A stretch of DNA of 64,000 nt. Origin: a virus. This document shows, in pieces, positions 10,771-20,894 of the stretch. Location of the stretch: the IMG/VR virus record IMGVR_UViG_3300027741_000048, positions 1 through 64,000 of that record; one strand, given 5' to 3'. The position numbers were made by a program, and so were the translations under genes. The notes under the pieces were generated by a model. That model was not told the origin of the DNA, did no database searches, and was given only the letters and a program-made list of their open reading frames with translations. Within the stretch, counting starts at the first letter, position 1. The number at the start of each line of letters is the position of its first letter.

Positions 10771-11243
10771 GCTATTTTTTTATTAACGTATCTATAGTAC
10801 CTACAAAATTTTGTTATATACGCACGCTCAAATTGTCGTGCATCTATTTCGTGTTTATTACGGTAATATGCGTTTGTGTTGTCTTCAACATCTTCATCTG
10901 TATAGTTAAACTCTGATACGCCTACCTTGTATATACGAGATTGCATCCAGTGCCTAAACTCGTGTAAAAATGTCTTAAATATCTCTATCTTTTTTTGCTT
11001 GGTAGAATATACCCGAGTATACGGTTCATCGCATATATGTATCTTATCAGTTTTAAAAGTATAAGTGCTTTGTTTGCCTCCGTATATAACCTGGATAGTA
11101 ATTACTTTACGCCGAACTGTTAGAGATGGTTCGAATTCAGCAAAGAGGAGCGTTATTGCAGTTTCCATAGCGTGTACATCAATATCATGCTCTTTAAACC
11201 ATGGTATTGATTTTTTTGTAGGCTTTAACTTAAATACAACCAT
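10767..11243 (-). CDS. Zincin-like metallopeptidase-domain protein
   Basis: FLHEFRHWMQ (HExxH) and YYRNKHEIDAR. Start moved to ATG 11243 because the track's start overlaps the divergent gene. Confidence 0.65.
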   Translation of the reverse strand: MVVFKLKPTKKSIPWFKEHDIDVHAMETAITLLFAEFEPSLTVRRKVITIQVIYGGKQSTYTFKTDKIHICDEPYTRVYSTKQKKIEIFKTFLHEFRHWMQSRIYKVGVSEFNYTDEDVEDNTNAYYRNKHEIDARQFERAYITKFCRYYRYVNKKIA

Positions 11244-11287
11244 AGAGTCTTGATAATTAGAGATTACACCTATAATATATAATATAA

Positions 11288-11482
11288 ATGGAAAATACAA
11301 CTACAAACAATGATATTATTGAAGTTATTACCGATCTCAATGTTTCGGATATTAAAAGTATTGATCTTATTATCGATAAATGTTTGCAAATAAATGTTTT
11401 TGCACAAGAGAGCATAGAAGACGTTAAGCAATTGTCTGTAAAGGTAAAGATCTTATTACAAAACCTAGAAAAACAGCTATAA
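11288..11482 (+). CDS. Hypothetical protein
   Basis: 64-aa ORF with TTGATA-N17-TAATAT upstream. Confidence 0.5.
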   Translation: MENTTTNNDIIEVITDLNVSDIKSIDLIIDKCLQINVFAQESIEDVKQLSVKVKILLQNLEKQL

Positions 11483-11523
11483 CGTACGTTTTTAGGTTAT
11501 TATAGAGAATTAAATATTCTATA

Positions 11524-11733
11524 ATGACGGGAATAGTCGCAATAGCTTCTATATGCGAAGAGTTTACAGAAACATTGCTTGTTGATAGCAAAAAGAACAG
11601 TATTATCGTTAATGTTAGCAAGCAATGGTTTAGTACGCTCAATCAACGCTTACTCTCTATGCAGTGTAAGTTAATACATAAGTCTCCGATTAATAATGGA
11701 TACACATGTACGTATCTTTATGTAGGAAGATAG
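11524..11733 (+). CDS. Hypothetical protein
   Basis: 69-aa ORF with TAAATA 7 nt upstream. Confidence 0.5.
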   Translation: MTGIVAIASICEEFTETLLVDSKKNSIIVNVSKQWFSTLNQRLLSMQCKLIHKSPINNGYTCTYLYVGR

Positions 11734-11768
11734 TAGCATTCCATGTATAGTGATGATAATATCATATT

Positions 11769-12458
11769 ATGTTGATTTTTGATCCTATCTCGCATTTATA
11801 TAAAAATGAATTTACCGGTGAGTTATATATTTCTGCTACTACATTAATACATAAATTCAAAAAGCCGTTTGATTCCGATCTTATGGCAAAACGGGTAGCG
11901 AAAAAAGAAGGTACAACTGCTGAAGAAGTACAAGCGCGCTGGAAAGAAGATAACAATAAGAGTAAGGATTACGGTACTGAATTACATGCAGCTGTTGAGC
12001 AATATTTAAAGACTGGTATAATAGGAGACCAAAAATATCAAGAATTTATACAAGCGTACCTCGATCTTGATGTTGTTTCTCGAAAAGATGATCTTTTAAT
12101 CGAGCATAAATTACATTCACATGAATATAAAATCGCAGGCACGGCAGATTTAATACGTCTAGAAAAGAATGGAGGCTTTAGCGTGTTCGATCTAAAGACT
12201 AACAAGCGATTTAATTATCATAATCAATATAACGAGTATTTATTACCACCTTTACAGCATTTAACAGCTAGTGAGTACTCAATCTATTCTATTCAGCTTT
12301 CGCTTTACGCGTATATGTTTCAAAATATGACAGGTAGACGTGTTAATAGTATCGGTGTTACCTATTACGATAGGAATACCAAAAAATTTACATATTATCC
12401 TATGTCGTTTATGAAATATGAGATAAAGGCTATACTCGATTATTACTCCACATTATGA
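11769..12458 (+). CDS. PD-(D/E)XK exonuclease
   Basis: SATT, YGTELH, E..L....IAGTADLI..VFDLKT and QLSLYAYM motifs. Confidence 0.8.
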   Translation: MLIFDPISHLYKNEFTGELYISATTLIHKFKKPFDSDLMAKRVAKKEGTTAEEVQARWKEDNNKSKDYGTELHAAVEQYLKTGIIGDQKYQEFIQAYLDLDVVSRKDDLLIEHKLHSHEYKIAGTADLIRLEKNGGFSVFDLKTNKRFNYHNQYNEYLLPPLQHLTASEYSIYSIQLSLYAYMFQNMTGRRVNSIGVTYYDRNTKKFTYYPMSFMKYEIKAILDYYSTL

Positions 12459-12928
12459 AATTTATAGATCTAATACTACAGAATAGTCAAATAAAAGAAG
12501 CTAAGCTATATGGGCCTTCTAAAAAAGCGTCCGAGCGACCAGAAACAGGGATTACGATACAAAATACCTCAGCTTTTTATGTTATTAAAGACTGTGCAAC
12601 GCTTGCAAATAAATATCTACCACATTTTGTCTTCGGACACTACGCAAACCCTTTCGAAGTACTTAAAGATAAATTTACTCGCGATGATATAAGTGAGTTT
12701 GTTGCTGAAGCTAATTCCGATATAGTATTGAATCAGCTTTTAACACTTATTTTAGAAAAAATTAATAAATCTACAGCTATATCTAATATTCAGCCTACAA
12801 TAAACACAAACACTACAAGCAATTCATCCGATCCATACGGTGACTACGAATCTTACGCATTAGCTCAACAGCAAGCACATCCGCAGGATACGGTATCGCT
12901 TCTCTGCGCAGCTTTTAATGCGATTTAA
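12455..12928 (+). CDS. Hypothetical protein
   Basis: 157-aa ORF overlapping the exonuclease stop. Confidence 0.55.
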   Translation: MKFIDLILQNSQIKEAKLYGPSKKASERPETGITIQNTSAFYVIKDCATLANKYLPHFVFGHYANPFEVLKDKFTRDDISEFVAEANSDIVLNQLLTLILEKINKSTAISNIQPTINTNTTSNSSDPYGDYESYALAQQQAHPQDTVSLLCAAFNAI

Positions 12929-12941
12929 TAAATATAATATA

Positions 12942-13298
12942 ATGAATTTAATAACACCGTTTCTTAAAATACAAAACCAGCTAAGAATTTTTCACTGGCA
13001 AACGAAAAGTTACGCACAACACAAGGCGTTTGGTAAAGCGTATGAGTCATTAGACGACTTAGTTGATCAATTCGTAGAGGTATATACAGGAAAGTATGGT
13101 AGAACGAAAGCAAATATTAAATTTAATATTGAATTAGATAATTTATCAGGTGATTATATTAAAATTATTGATTCATATATTCATTATTTAAACGAATTAA
13201 CGAACCAGCTTAGTGATATTGATACAGACTTACTCAATATACGAGATGAAATGTTGGCTGTATTGAATCGTCTTAAGTATTTGCTGTCGCTTTCTTAA
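12942..13298 (+). CDS. Ferritin/Dps-like four-helix bundle protein (phage DUF5856-like)
   Basis: FHWQTKSYAQHKAFG..YE...LVDQFVE; LLNIRDEM..LNRLKYLL. Start placed at MNLIT, 7 nt after TAAATA. Confidence 0.75.
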   Translation: MNLITPFLKIQNQLRIFHWQTKSYAQHKAFGKAYESLDDLVDQFVEVYTGKYGRTKANIKFNIELDNLSGDYIKIIDSYIHYLNELTNQLSDIDTDLLNIRDEMLAVLNRLKYLLSLS

Positions 13299-13300
13299 TA

Positions 13301-16300
13301 TTAAAAAGTTAAATTCGCACCAAGTGTGGTTTTATATAGCGTGTCGAGTTCTTTTATAGTGTTGGTCGCTGTTTCAGGGGTATTTGGATAAAGAGAAGCT
13401 GTATTACTACGGTATACTAAAGCGAAAGCTATATTACCAAAGTAGCCACCTCTTGCAAACGGATCATCACTATATGTACCAAACATTAAATTGCCTGTCG
13501 TCGTTGCAGGTACTGTGGTAATATCAGCTACGGTGTCTGTTGTTGAGATAATAGAACCGTTCTGATATACAAGTGCTGTCTTGTAATTGGAGCCGATAAC
13601 TCCATAAGAGTTAAAATTAGTACTCGAATTAGCAGTAAGAGTCGTCGTGGTATTAATAAAATCATATTCACTTACACCGTTTCCGTTGTTTGGTATAATC
13701 CAAACCCATCTTCCACTTAAACTAGGACCAGAAGCTGTCATAAGTTGCTGAATAGAGCCTTCATCTGCTGTCGGAGCTTGTGCAACAACGTAAGAAAGCA
13801 TATGCTTGTACGCAAAATCGCTATTATTACTATTAATTCTACCACTATTCTGATCACCGCTATTACCGACTAATCTGACTCCATTTACCGTCCATGCATA
13901 TTCTCCGTAAATTGTAGCGCTTGATCCTTGCGTCATGCCACCGAGTGGGTATATTGTTGTGCCTACGCCTGCGTTTTGATCGCTTATCATTGGCCAGCAT
14001 ATAATATTGTTCCAAAAGCCTAGGCCTAAGTTACGCTTTATGCCTGTGACGAAGTCGTTTATTGCCTGCCGGCTGCGTACATCAGATACACCTGCGCGTA
14101 GTATATATTCCCATGCGTCAGCGTCATACGCTGTAATGTCGCCTATTTGACCATTACCGAATGTGTATGTGAATAGTGATTGGGTTTTATCTACAAATCC
14201 TGTATTATTGCCAATAACAGCGAAAGTATCGAAGTAAGGTCCGACAGATGGGTTTAAATCAGTATCGCGATAGTTTTGGAAATTTACATGATATGTGTCG
14301 GTAGTAGGCTTATGTAACGTACATGCAATATTTGCTATTTCGTTATTGATATACTGGAATCTGTTTGTAACAATGTAGAAACAGTTAGCAGCATCTTTTG
14401 CTAGATATGTTAATGTATAGTACCCTGTATCGTCGCTATAATTTAATACAGGCTTTTCGATTTTAATAATATCTATTTCAACACCAGCTCCAAAAAGCGA
14501 GAATACTTGTAAATCAGAAAACTGTAAATCAGATGTATTTTTCTTTGGATAAATTTGCGTAGCATGGTTATTACTCAAATCAATTCTATATATAATGGGA
14601 TATATAACCTTATAGTTTGTAGCACTCGAGCTATCGGTTAATAGCGTCGTCTTACAAAATGTAAGCATATTGTCATGTTCATCAAACCAAACGCTGGAGA
14701 ATTTTTCAAACGCAGGTAACGTATTACGGTTAAACACGTTATTATTAGTTTGTGCACCAATTATATGCGAAGTGTCGTGGTCAAAACTTATTTTTTGAAA
14801 AACTAAATAGTTTTCAGTTTCGAATTGAATAATATCGTAGTAAATATCAAAGTTAATTAACTTGTTTTTTATTTCGTCAGCGGCTTCCGTTGTAAAATTA
14901 ATAAGCAGCCCGCTAAGTGCGGAAGAGACAGGGCTAATTTGGGTGCTATTATTATTTCTAAAATAAAATGAACCATATTCCGCTGTGCGTGTTTTATACA
15001 AGGTATTAGGTACAGTTTTTAATGCTGATAGCGATAAATCGACTATAGTATCTTTGTTATTCAGGCGGAGATCTTTAAAGTTTGACGGTTCAGCATATGA
15101 ATACGAATATGGTTCAGTTACAACAAAATACGGGCACCGAGGACATGGTTCTTGATTTGTTATATCGATAAAAGCACTACCATCATATTCTGTAATTCCT
15201 GTATATGTATTAGGGTTAATTAAAAAGCTCCCTGGGTAACTAGCTGTTGAAATACGATACGGTGCTTCGTAATTAACAGCACCGTCAGCTAGTTCATTGT
15301 AGTAAAATATAGATGAGGTTGGATTAAAGTTAGGGTCATCGCTCGGTATATCAGGTAGCGGGGCACCAGTCTGCTTAACGAATGTAAAGCCGTCTTTTAT
15401 TGAGCAATTATATGTACTATCAGCGATGGTCCCGAGATTATCAAAAACATATCCAGCGTTCGATATGAAGTCATACGATTCAAGCACTATAGCATCATTA
15501 TCGTCTTCAAATGTATTAGGTGCTACACTTGTTCTTAACGTAACGCCGGAGAAATTAATATAAGTGCCGTTTAATTCTGGTAGATTGGTATAAATCGGTC
15601 CACTAGCTATACTATAGTTAAAATCATAATCTTGACCACACAGCGTGTCTTTAAATGTATAACCATCGAGTATAAAGTCGATAGCGCTACTTATTTTTGG
15701 CGTTATAGTAAATTGTTTACCGGTACCGGTTTTATAAAGCCCGTATTCGTTGCCATATATGTCAGTCTTGTACTGAAAAAGTGTTTTGTCGTTAAATGTT
15801 AATAATGTACCAATACGCTGTTCTATAGGATAACGATTAATCGGGGATAACGTGTATATATCAGGATTTGACCATATGTCGTTTAAATCACCGGTGAAGA
15901 AGCTCTGCGAATCCGTATATCGCGAAAGACCGAACTCACTAGTATTTAATGACTGCTCACGAGATTGATATGCGCGAAATGTCTGTAGATACGGGTCAGA
16001 TAATACTTCACCAGCGCTATACTGATTAGAAAAATCTATTTTATTAAAATAATTATTTTCAGAAAATATAAACGGCGTGGTAAAGTCAACTTTCGTGTTA
16101 CCGGATACGTTGCCGTATTTCTGTGGGTCGGGGAAATAATACAACGTACCGGGTTGTAGCTTATCAATATTTACTTGCGGTGTAAAATCAAAATTAGTAA
16201 AATTTACTAAACCAATTTTATCGGGTTTAAAAAATAGCCCTAACTCCTTGCCGGTTTTAAAGAACTCTTCACTGGGTACTGCAGCTATAGATGGATATCT

Positions 16301-17326
16301 TCTATTAAGATAGTGCGCGTACACATTATCCGCTGTAAATAACTGACCAGACGCATATGTGGTTCCTGTTGATGTGGCAGATGTTGTTATGTAATAGAAA
16401 TCTGAACCAGCATATTTCTTAGTTATAGAAGCTTGAGTCTGTAAATTAAGATTTGTCCGTTGACCGTCGTTAATTGTACTAATAAAGTCGCTATCCTTGA
16501 GGAGTGTTAGTTGCGATGAATCAACAAGTGGGTCTATTGTAAAATTATCACCAAGTTCAGCCAAATAAAAAGGATACGATAATATTGCACGAACGATACT
16601 TTGATTAATATTGGTAAATAAATTTGGGTCAATATCAACCTGGTTTAATTCAAAATAATCTTTACGTAGTCCAGTAGTTATATTATACGCGGAGGATGGT
16701 AAAAGTGTACTAACATCTCGATAATCAGGGTATGTGTCGTATACATCTTCTACTTCTATGACGAGATTATTCAATATACTAGAAAGAGAGGTCTTATAGG
16801 TTGTAAGTGTAGTAGCAACATCATGTGACTCTGTTGCTTTAGCGAAGCTTGAATACAGCAACGTTTCGATACCAACGTTTGATCCTTTTAAATTATACTG
16901 AACAGCAGCGGTTTTAGCATCTTCACGTAACTCGCTATAGTACAAACAGATATTTTTTATTTTTTTTGCAAAAAACGGTACTGCTATAGCGAGATCTCGA
17001 CTATTTGATAGGTCTAAATTTAAAAGATATCGTTGCTCGTCATTACTCGTATAATTAATAATAACATTATTAATAAGGTCTAAATAATATTGCTGCACAC
17101 CGCGCGCTGCGTCTTCACGAGACATTCCCTTAGCTTCATACCAGTTGTTTAAATAGAGCTGGTATCGATTTAAGAATTTATCCGTTGATGTAAAAACCTG
17201 AGTATTACGTTGCAGCCATTGAATGAAAGTAAGTGGTTTGTCATTATCGATAGGATGCGTAGGGGGGGTTAGGGATGTAATTGAATCATCTAACCGTCCA
17301 TCAATGAATGTCAGTGGTTCCGCCAT
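13301..17326 (-). CDS. Large virion (baseplate/tail) protein with C-terminal LamG-like module
   Basis: 1341 aa in the baseplate operon. C-terminal YDADAWEYI..AINDFV..W..WPM module, then a lectin-like end (YFGNIAFALVY). Confidence 0.55.
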   Translation of the reverse strand: MAEPLTFIDGRLDDSITSLTPPTHPIDNDKPLTFIQWLQRNTQVFTSTDKFLNRYQLYLNNWYEAKGMSREDAARGVQQYYLDLINNVIINYTSNDEQRYLLNLDLSNSRDLAIAVPFFAKKIKNICLYYSELREDAKTAAVQYNLKGSNVGIETLLYSSFAKATESHDVATTLTTYKTSLSSILNNLVIEVEDVYDTYPDYRDVSTLLPSSAYNITTGLRKDYFELNQVDIDPNLFTNINQSIVRAILSYPFYLAELGDNFTIDPLVDSSQLTLLKDSDFISTINDGQRTNLNLQTQASITKKYAGSDFYYITTSATSTGTTYASGQLFTADNVYAHYLNRRYPSIAAVPSEEFFKTGKELGLFFKPDKIGLVNFTNFDFTPQVNIDKLQPGTLYYFPDPQKYGNVSGNTKVDFTTPFIFSENNYFNKIDFSNQYSAGEVLSDPYLQTFRAYQSREQSLNTSEFGLSRYTDSQSFFTGDLNDIWSNPDIYTLSPINRYPIEQRIGTLLTFNDKTLFQYKTDIYGNEYGLYKTGTGKQFTITPKISSAIDFILDGYTFKDTLCGQDYDFNYSIASGPIYTNLPELNGTYINFSGVTLRTSVAPNTFEDDNDAIVLESYDFISNAGYVFDNLGTIADSTYNCSIKDGFTFVKQTGAPLPDIPSDDPNFNPTSSIFYYNELADGAVNYEAPYRISTASYPGSFLINPNTYTGITEYDGSAFIDITNQEPCPRCPYFVVTEPYSYSYAEPSNFKDLRLNNKDTIVDLSLSALKTVPNTLYKTRTAEYGSFYFRNNNSTQISPVSSALSGLLINFTTEAADEIKNKLINFDIYYDIIQFETENYLVFQKISFDHDTSHIIGAQTNNNVFNRNTLPAFEKFSSVWFDEHDNMLTFCKTTLLTDSSSATNYKVIYPIIYRIDLSNNHATQIYPKKNTSDLQFSDLQVFSLFGAGVEIDIIKIEKPVLNYSDDTGYYTLTYLAKDAANCFYIVTNRFQYINNEIANIACTLHKPTTDTYHVNFQNYRDTDLNPSVGPYFDTFAVIGNNTGFVDKTQSLFTYTFGNGQIGDITAYDADAWEYILRAGVSDVRSRQAINDFVTGIKRNLGLGFWNNIICWPMISDQNAGVGTTIYPLGGMTQGSSATIYGEYAWTVNGVRLVGNSGDQNSGRINSNNSDFAYKHMLSYVVAQAPTADEGSIQQLMTASGPSLSGRWVWIIPNNGNGVSEYDFINTTTTLTANSSTNFNSYGVIGSNYKTALVYQNGSIISTTDTVADITTVPATTTGNLMFGTYSDDPFARGGYFGNIAFALVYRSNTASLYPNTPETATNTIKELDTLYKTTLGANLTF

Positions 17327-17334
17327 AACAATAT

Positions 17335-20300
17335 TTAGCTATTATATGTAATGTTGGTAGCGGAAGTAAATAACCGGAAGCCTTTTGTTAGTTCATAACT
17401 TAACATATTCTGTATAATACCGTCATCTACACTCCAGTCGGTGTAGGAGCTATTCTGTGGTGTAAGGGTGGTCATGGGATTATACCAATCAATGATATAA
17501 TCGTAAAAGGTATTATTATTGTTAGAAATATATTCATAAAATTCATAATATTCACTAATAGCTGATCCTGTTACTGTATTGGGTATTACCAGAGGCCATC
17601 CCCAGCTAGATGTATATGCGGATAACGGGTAGCCTGTAATAGTATCAGTTATTGTTAGTATGGATGATGTTATGGTATTTGTATTTACGAGTGAGTAAAT
17701 ACCTGAGAATCGCTCATAAGCAACGACAGGTTTATCAAAAGAAAAAACACCAGATATAGGATCAATTCTAGAGCCTAAATTTATACCGTACGTATCGTTT
17801 GATGCTATAGTTCCCTGTTTATTAAAATTGCTTGCGTATTTATTTTGCGTTCCCCATAGATTACTCTGCTTAATAGATAAAAGATCAACAAGGCGCTTGA
17901 TTTGTGGGGGGTAAAGATAATTATAATCTTGATAGTTAATACTCAGTTCATTACAGAAAGAAATGAGTGCATCGATGTTGCTCTTATCAATGTCAGATCT
18001 ATTATTAACGAAGTTGCTTATTTTTTCGTAAACAGTTTTTCCTAATTCGTATGGTTGAGCTGAAAAACCACCGACAATTGTACCGAGGAACTCATTAAAA
18101 AATACTTGTTTATCTAAAAGTGTTTCTTGATATCGTAATGAATTATAAAAACTAGCTGCGTTCCAATCTTCATTTATTTTAGATACGTTATACTGACCTG
18201 TTGATGGAAAAATGTTGAATAATGTTGATGAGCCTGTAATTGTTCTTATTGTGCTAACAGGTGCAGAGTATTTATTAATCCAATGATACCCGTTCCAATC
18301 ACCTAGTGCTTGAAATTGCTTTTGACCGCTACTGTAATTAACTGCTGATACGGCAGGTAATATAACATCTGGATATGTTAATTTAATACTATAACTGTAA
18401 CTTAAATTCGTGGTCGGTGTTTTAGCACTAGCGTCAATTAAATAAAGCGCTTTATCTGCGTTGTTTATTACCCAAATATTATTACCAGTATCGCATGTTA
18501 TTCCACCGATGTTAGAGTTATAATTATTTTGTATGTTATTACCGGCACCGGCGGTAAAATCTGTACGCGTGCGTGTCACACCATCGACGCGTGTTATTGT
18601 TTCGCGGTTGTGTGAGATCCATGCGTTTTGATTACCATCAATGGTAATATTATTGATTAATTTAAAGCCTGAAAGCGGATAACCTGTAACAATATTTCCG
18701 TATGTATCAAACTTATAAAGCAAATCGTTAGCTGTGGTAAATGAGTCGCGTACCACATTGAGGTTCTGAGCTGTCACCCAAACAAACGTATTTCTATCTA
18801 TACAAATTTCATCAGGTACAATAAAATCGGGAAATTTATATTTGTATAATATATCAGCGTTAAAGTCAAAATTATCTACACCTCTATATTTGATTAAAAA
18901 GTTATTAACAGGATGACTGTACGATATCCAGATATTGTTATCATGATCAGCGTCTATAGAGCTGGGTAAAATAGTACCGTCGCCGGCAAAACCGCTATAG
19001 CTTGAATAATCACTCGACGTGAGCATGGTTTCAGTAAAGTCAGGGCAAGCAACGTTAACTGCGTATCCATTTGTTGTGTCAAATTTTAATGCCGAGCCGC
19101 TATCGATAAGTGTTACCCATATATTATTCTGCCCGTCGAGTGTAATATAGTTCGGCGTAGCAAAGAAGCGATTACCCTGATCGTCGAGACCTCTATAATC
19201 AATATACCGTATCTGGTGGTTTATTAGTGTTGGTACGCTCGAGAGTGAAAAATAGTAAACCGGCTCGTTTGTGTCTTGACTATAGTAAAGAGGTTGTAAT
19301 ATACCGTTGTAGTCAATACGAGAAATGCGGTCGTTTATTGGATCACCAATCCAAGTCTGATAATCGTCATCGTAACCGGGTCCCTGTGGTGCCATAGCGA
19401 TAGCATATGTATTACTGTCATTAATATCGATTAACGGTTCGTTATTTGTAAATGTTACAGTTTTATTACCGTCTAAGCCGTTGTATGTTTCTTGGCGAAG
19501 TATTCTAAAAAGAGAACTATACTGCGGTATTGCTATCCAACCAACAAGTGAATCTTTTTGATAAAAAGTCGGTTCTACAATAGTTATACCGGCAGTGAGT
19601 ATGCAGTTTTGTGAAGATTGTGACGCTACAAAATATCCTTTATAAAAGCTACCAATTGATTGTGGTGCTTCAGGTGTAAAATCTTCGTAAAATGTAACAC
19701 CCTGTACGGTACTTGTATCACCGCTTTCATTAATTTGTACAACACCGAGTTGAACATTGTAGGATGTAAGTGGTGAGGTAGAATTATTTACAACACTTGA
19801 GGACGAAAGCGGTGGGTAATTCTTGGTTGTATATCCGCGTTCATCTTTTAACTTTATTAAAAACGGTATTTGTGTTTCTTGCCAACTAACGTACGGTATA
19901 TTAAAATTTGTAGCTGATAATATACCTTCACCGTCGATCCCAGTTGTTGTGATACTTAAACGGTTAGCAGGGTTAAAGCGTGTCTTAATTCCAGGAAATA
20001 CTATAGGATCGGTGTTTTGTATACCATACGGTGGGTAATTAACGGTGTCGAATATATTTCGGCTCTCCGTTAATGCGTCATTAAATTTAGAACTATCAAC
20101 AGTTGCAAAAATAAAAACTGGGTGATCTTCTGTGGTTAGATTTCCGGGTACATCATCAGTATAGAGAAACTGGCATGTACCTGTTGTACCTACAAATACA
20201 CTACCTTGATCGCTTTGATTACAGTATTGTAGCGTATTATCTACAATGCTAACAAAAAGCTGTGTTTGCTGCGCTGTTAGACTATTAATAAGTGTATAGC

Positions 20301-20889
20301 TTGTAGTTCCGTCGTCACTTGTTTCTTGCTTATAAAATCTACTGAGCGGACGAAGATGCAGCCACTTATCATATGATGTTTGTTTGAGGTAATTGTAATC
20401 GCCTCGGGCTCCGGATGCATATAGATTGATCGTAAACCCGGTTGCGCTTAGCGCGTTATAATTTTGCCAACTGTAATTTGCGTTAATTGTAAGTGGGCCT
20501 ATCAACCTACCAACTGGTACATCGTAAATAAAACTTTTGTAATCTTGAAACGTAATTTGAGTAGAGATGTAATCGTATACGCTAATAGAGCATGAATATA
20601 TATTATCGTAAGCGTTACCATAGCGATCAAAAACAGTAAGCGATACGTCGTATTTACCGGGCCACTTAAATCTATGTGTAGGTGATATATCAGTAGAAAA
20701 TTCACCATCTCCAAAATCCCATCGTAATGATTTATTTGAAATAATGTTATCGCCTGATAACAAGCTTGACGTGGTAAAGTCGGGTGTAAAGGTTAGTGGT
20801 GTATTTTCAAGTGTATACGTTGAAACAGCGCTTGTATTAGTGTAGTCAAGCGCGTCAAATTTAACATACGTATAGTTATTGTTAGGCAT
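17335..20889 (-). CDS. Baseplate wedge-associated protein with PKD domain and beta-propeller (gp7-like position)
   Basis: PKD motif WDFGDG..PTHRF..PGKYDVSLTV; repeated D..NNIW blades; directly downstream of gp6. Confidence 0.6.
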   Translation of the reverse strand: MPNNNYTYVKFDALDYTNTSAVSTYTLENTPLTFTPDFTTSSLLSGDNIISNKSLRWDFGDGEFSTDISPTHRFKWPGKYDVSLTVFDRYGNAYDNIYSCSISVYDYISTQITFQDYKSFIYDVPVGRLIGPLTINANYSWQNYNALSATGFTINLYASGARGDYNYLKQTSYDKWLHLRPLSRFYKQETSDDGTTSYTLINSLTAQQTQLFVSIVDNTLQYCNQSDQGSVFVGTTGTCQFLYTDDVPGNLTTEDHPVFIFATVDSSKFNDALTESRNIFDTVNYPPYGIQNTDPIVFPGIKTRFNPANRLSITTTGIDGEGILSATNFNIPYVSWQETQIPFLIKLKDERGYTTKNYPPLSSSSVVNNSTSPLTSYNVQLGVVQINESGDTSTVQGVTFYEDFTPEAPQSIGSFYKGYFVASQSSQNCILTAGITIVEPTFYQKDSLVGWIAIPQYSSLFRILRQETYNGLDGNKTVTFTNNEPLIDINDSNTYAIAMAPQGPGYDDDYQTWIGDPINDRISRIDYNGILQPLYYSQDTNEPVYYFSLSSVPTLINHQIRYIDYRGLDDQGNRFFATPNYITLDGQNNIWVTLIDSGSALKFDTTNGYAVNVACPDFTETMLTSSDYSSYSGFAGDGTILPSSIDADHDNNIWISYSHPVNNFLIKYRGVDNFDFNADILYKYKFPDFIVPDEICIDRNTFVWVTAQNLNVVRDSFTTANDLLYKFDTYGNIVTGYPLSGFKLINNITIDGNQNAWISHNRETITRVDGVTRTRTDFTAGAGNNIQNNYNSNIGGITCDTGNNIWVINNADKALYLIDASAKTPTTNLSYSYSIKLTYPDVILPAVSAVNYSSGQKQFQALGDWNGYHWINKYSAPVSTIRTITGSSTLFNIFPSTGQYNVSKINEDWNAASFYNSLRYQETLLDKQVFFNEFLGTIVGGFSAQPYELGKTVYEKISNFVNNRSDIDKSNIDALISFCNELSINYQDYNYLYPPQIKRLVDLLSIKQSNLWGTQNKYASNFNKQGTIASNDTYGINLGSRIDPISGVFSFDKPVVAYERFSGIYSLVNTNTITSSILTITDTITGYPLSAYTSSWGWPLVIPNTVTGSAISEYYEFYEYISNNNNTFYDYIIDWYNPMTTLTPQNSSYTDWSVDDGIIQNMLSYELTKGFRLFTSATNITYNS

Positions 20890-20894
20890 TTACG

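Noticed and set aside
11769-12458. Cas4 as part of a CRISPR system
   Set aside because: Lacks the Fe-S cysteines, with no cas genes or array nearby. A generic phage PD-(D/E)XK exonuclease.
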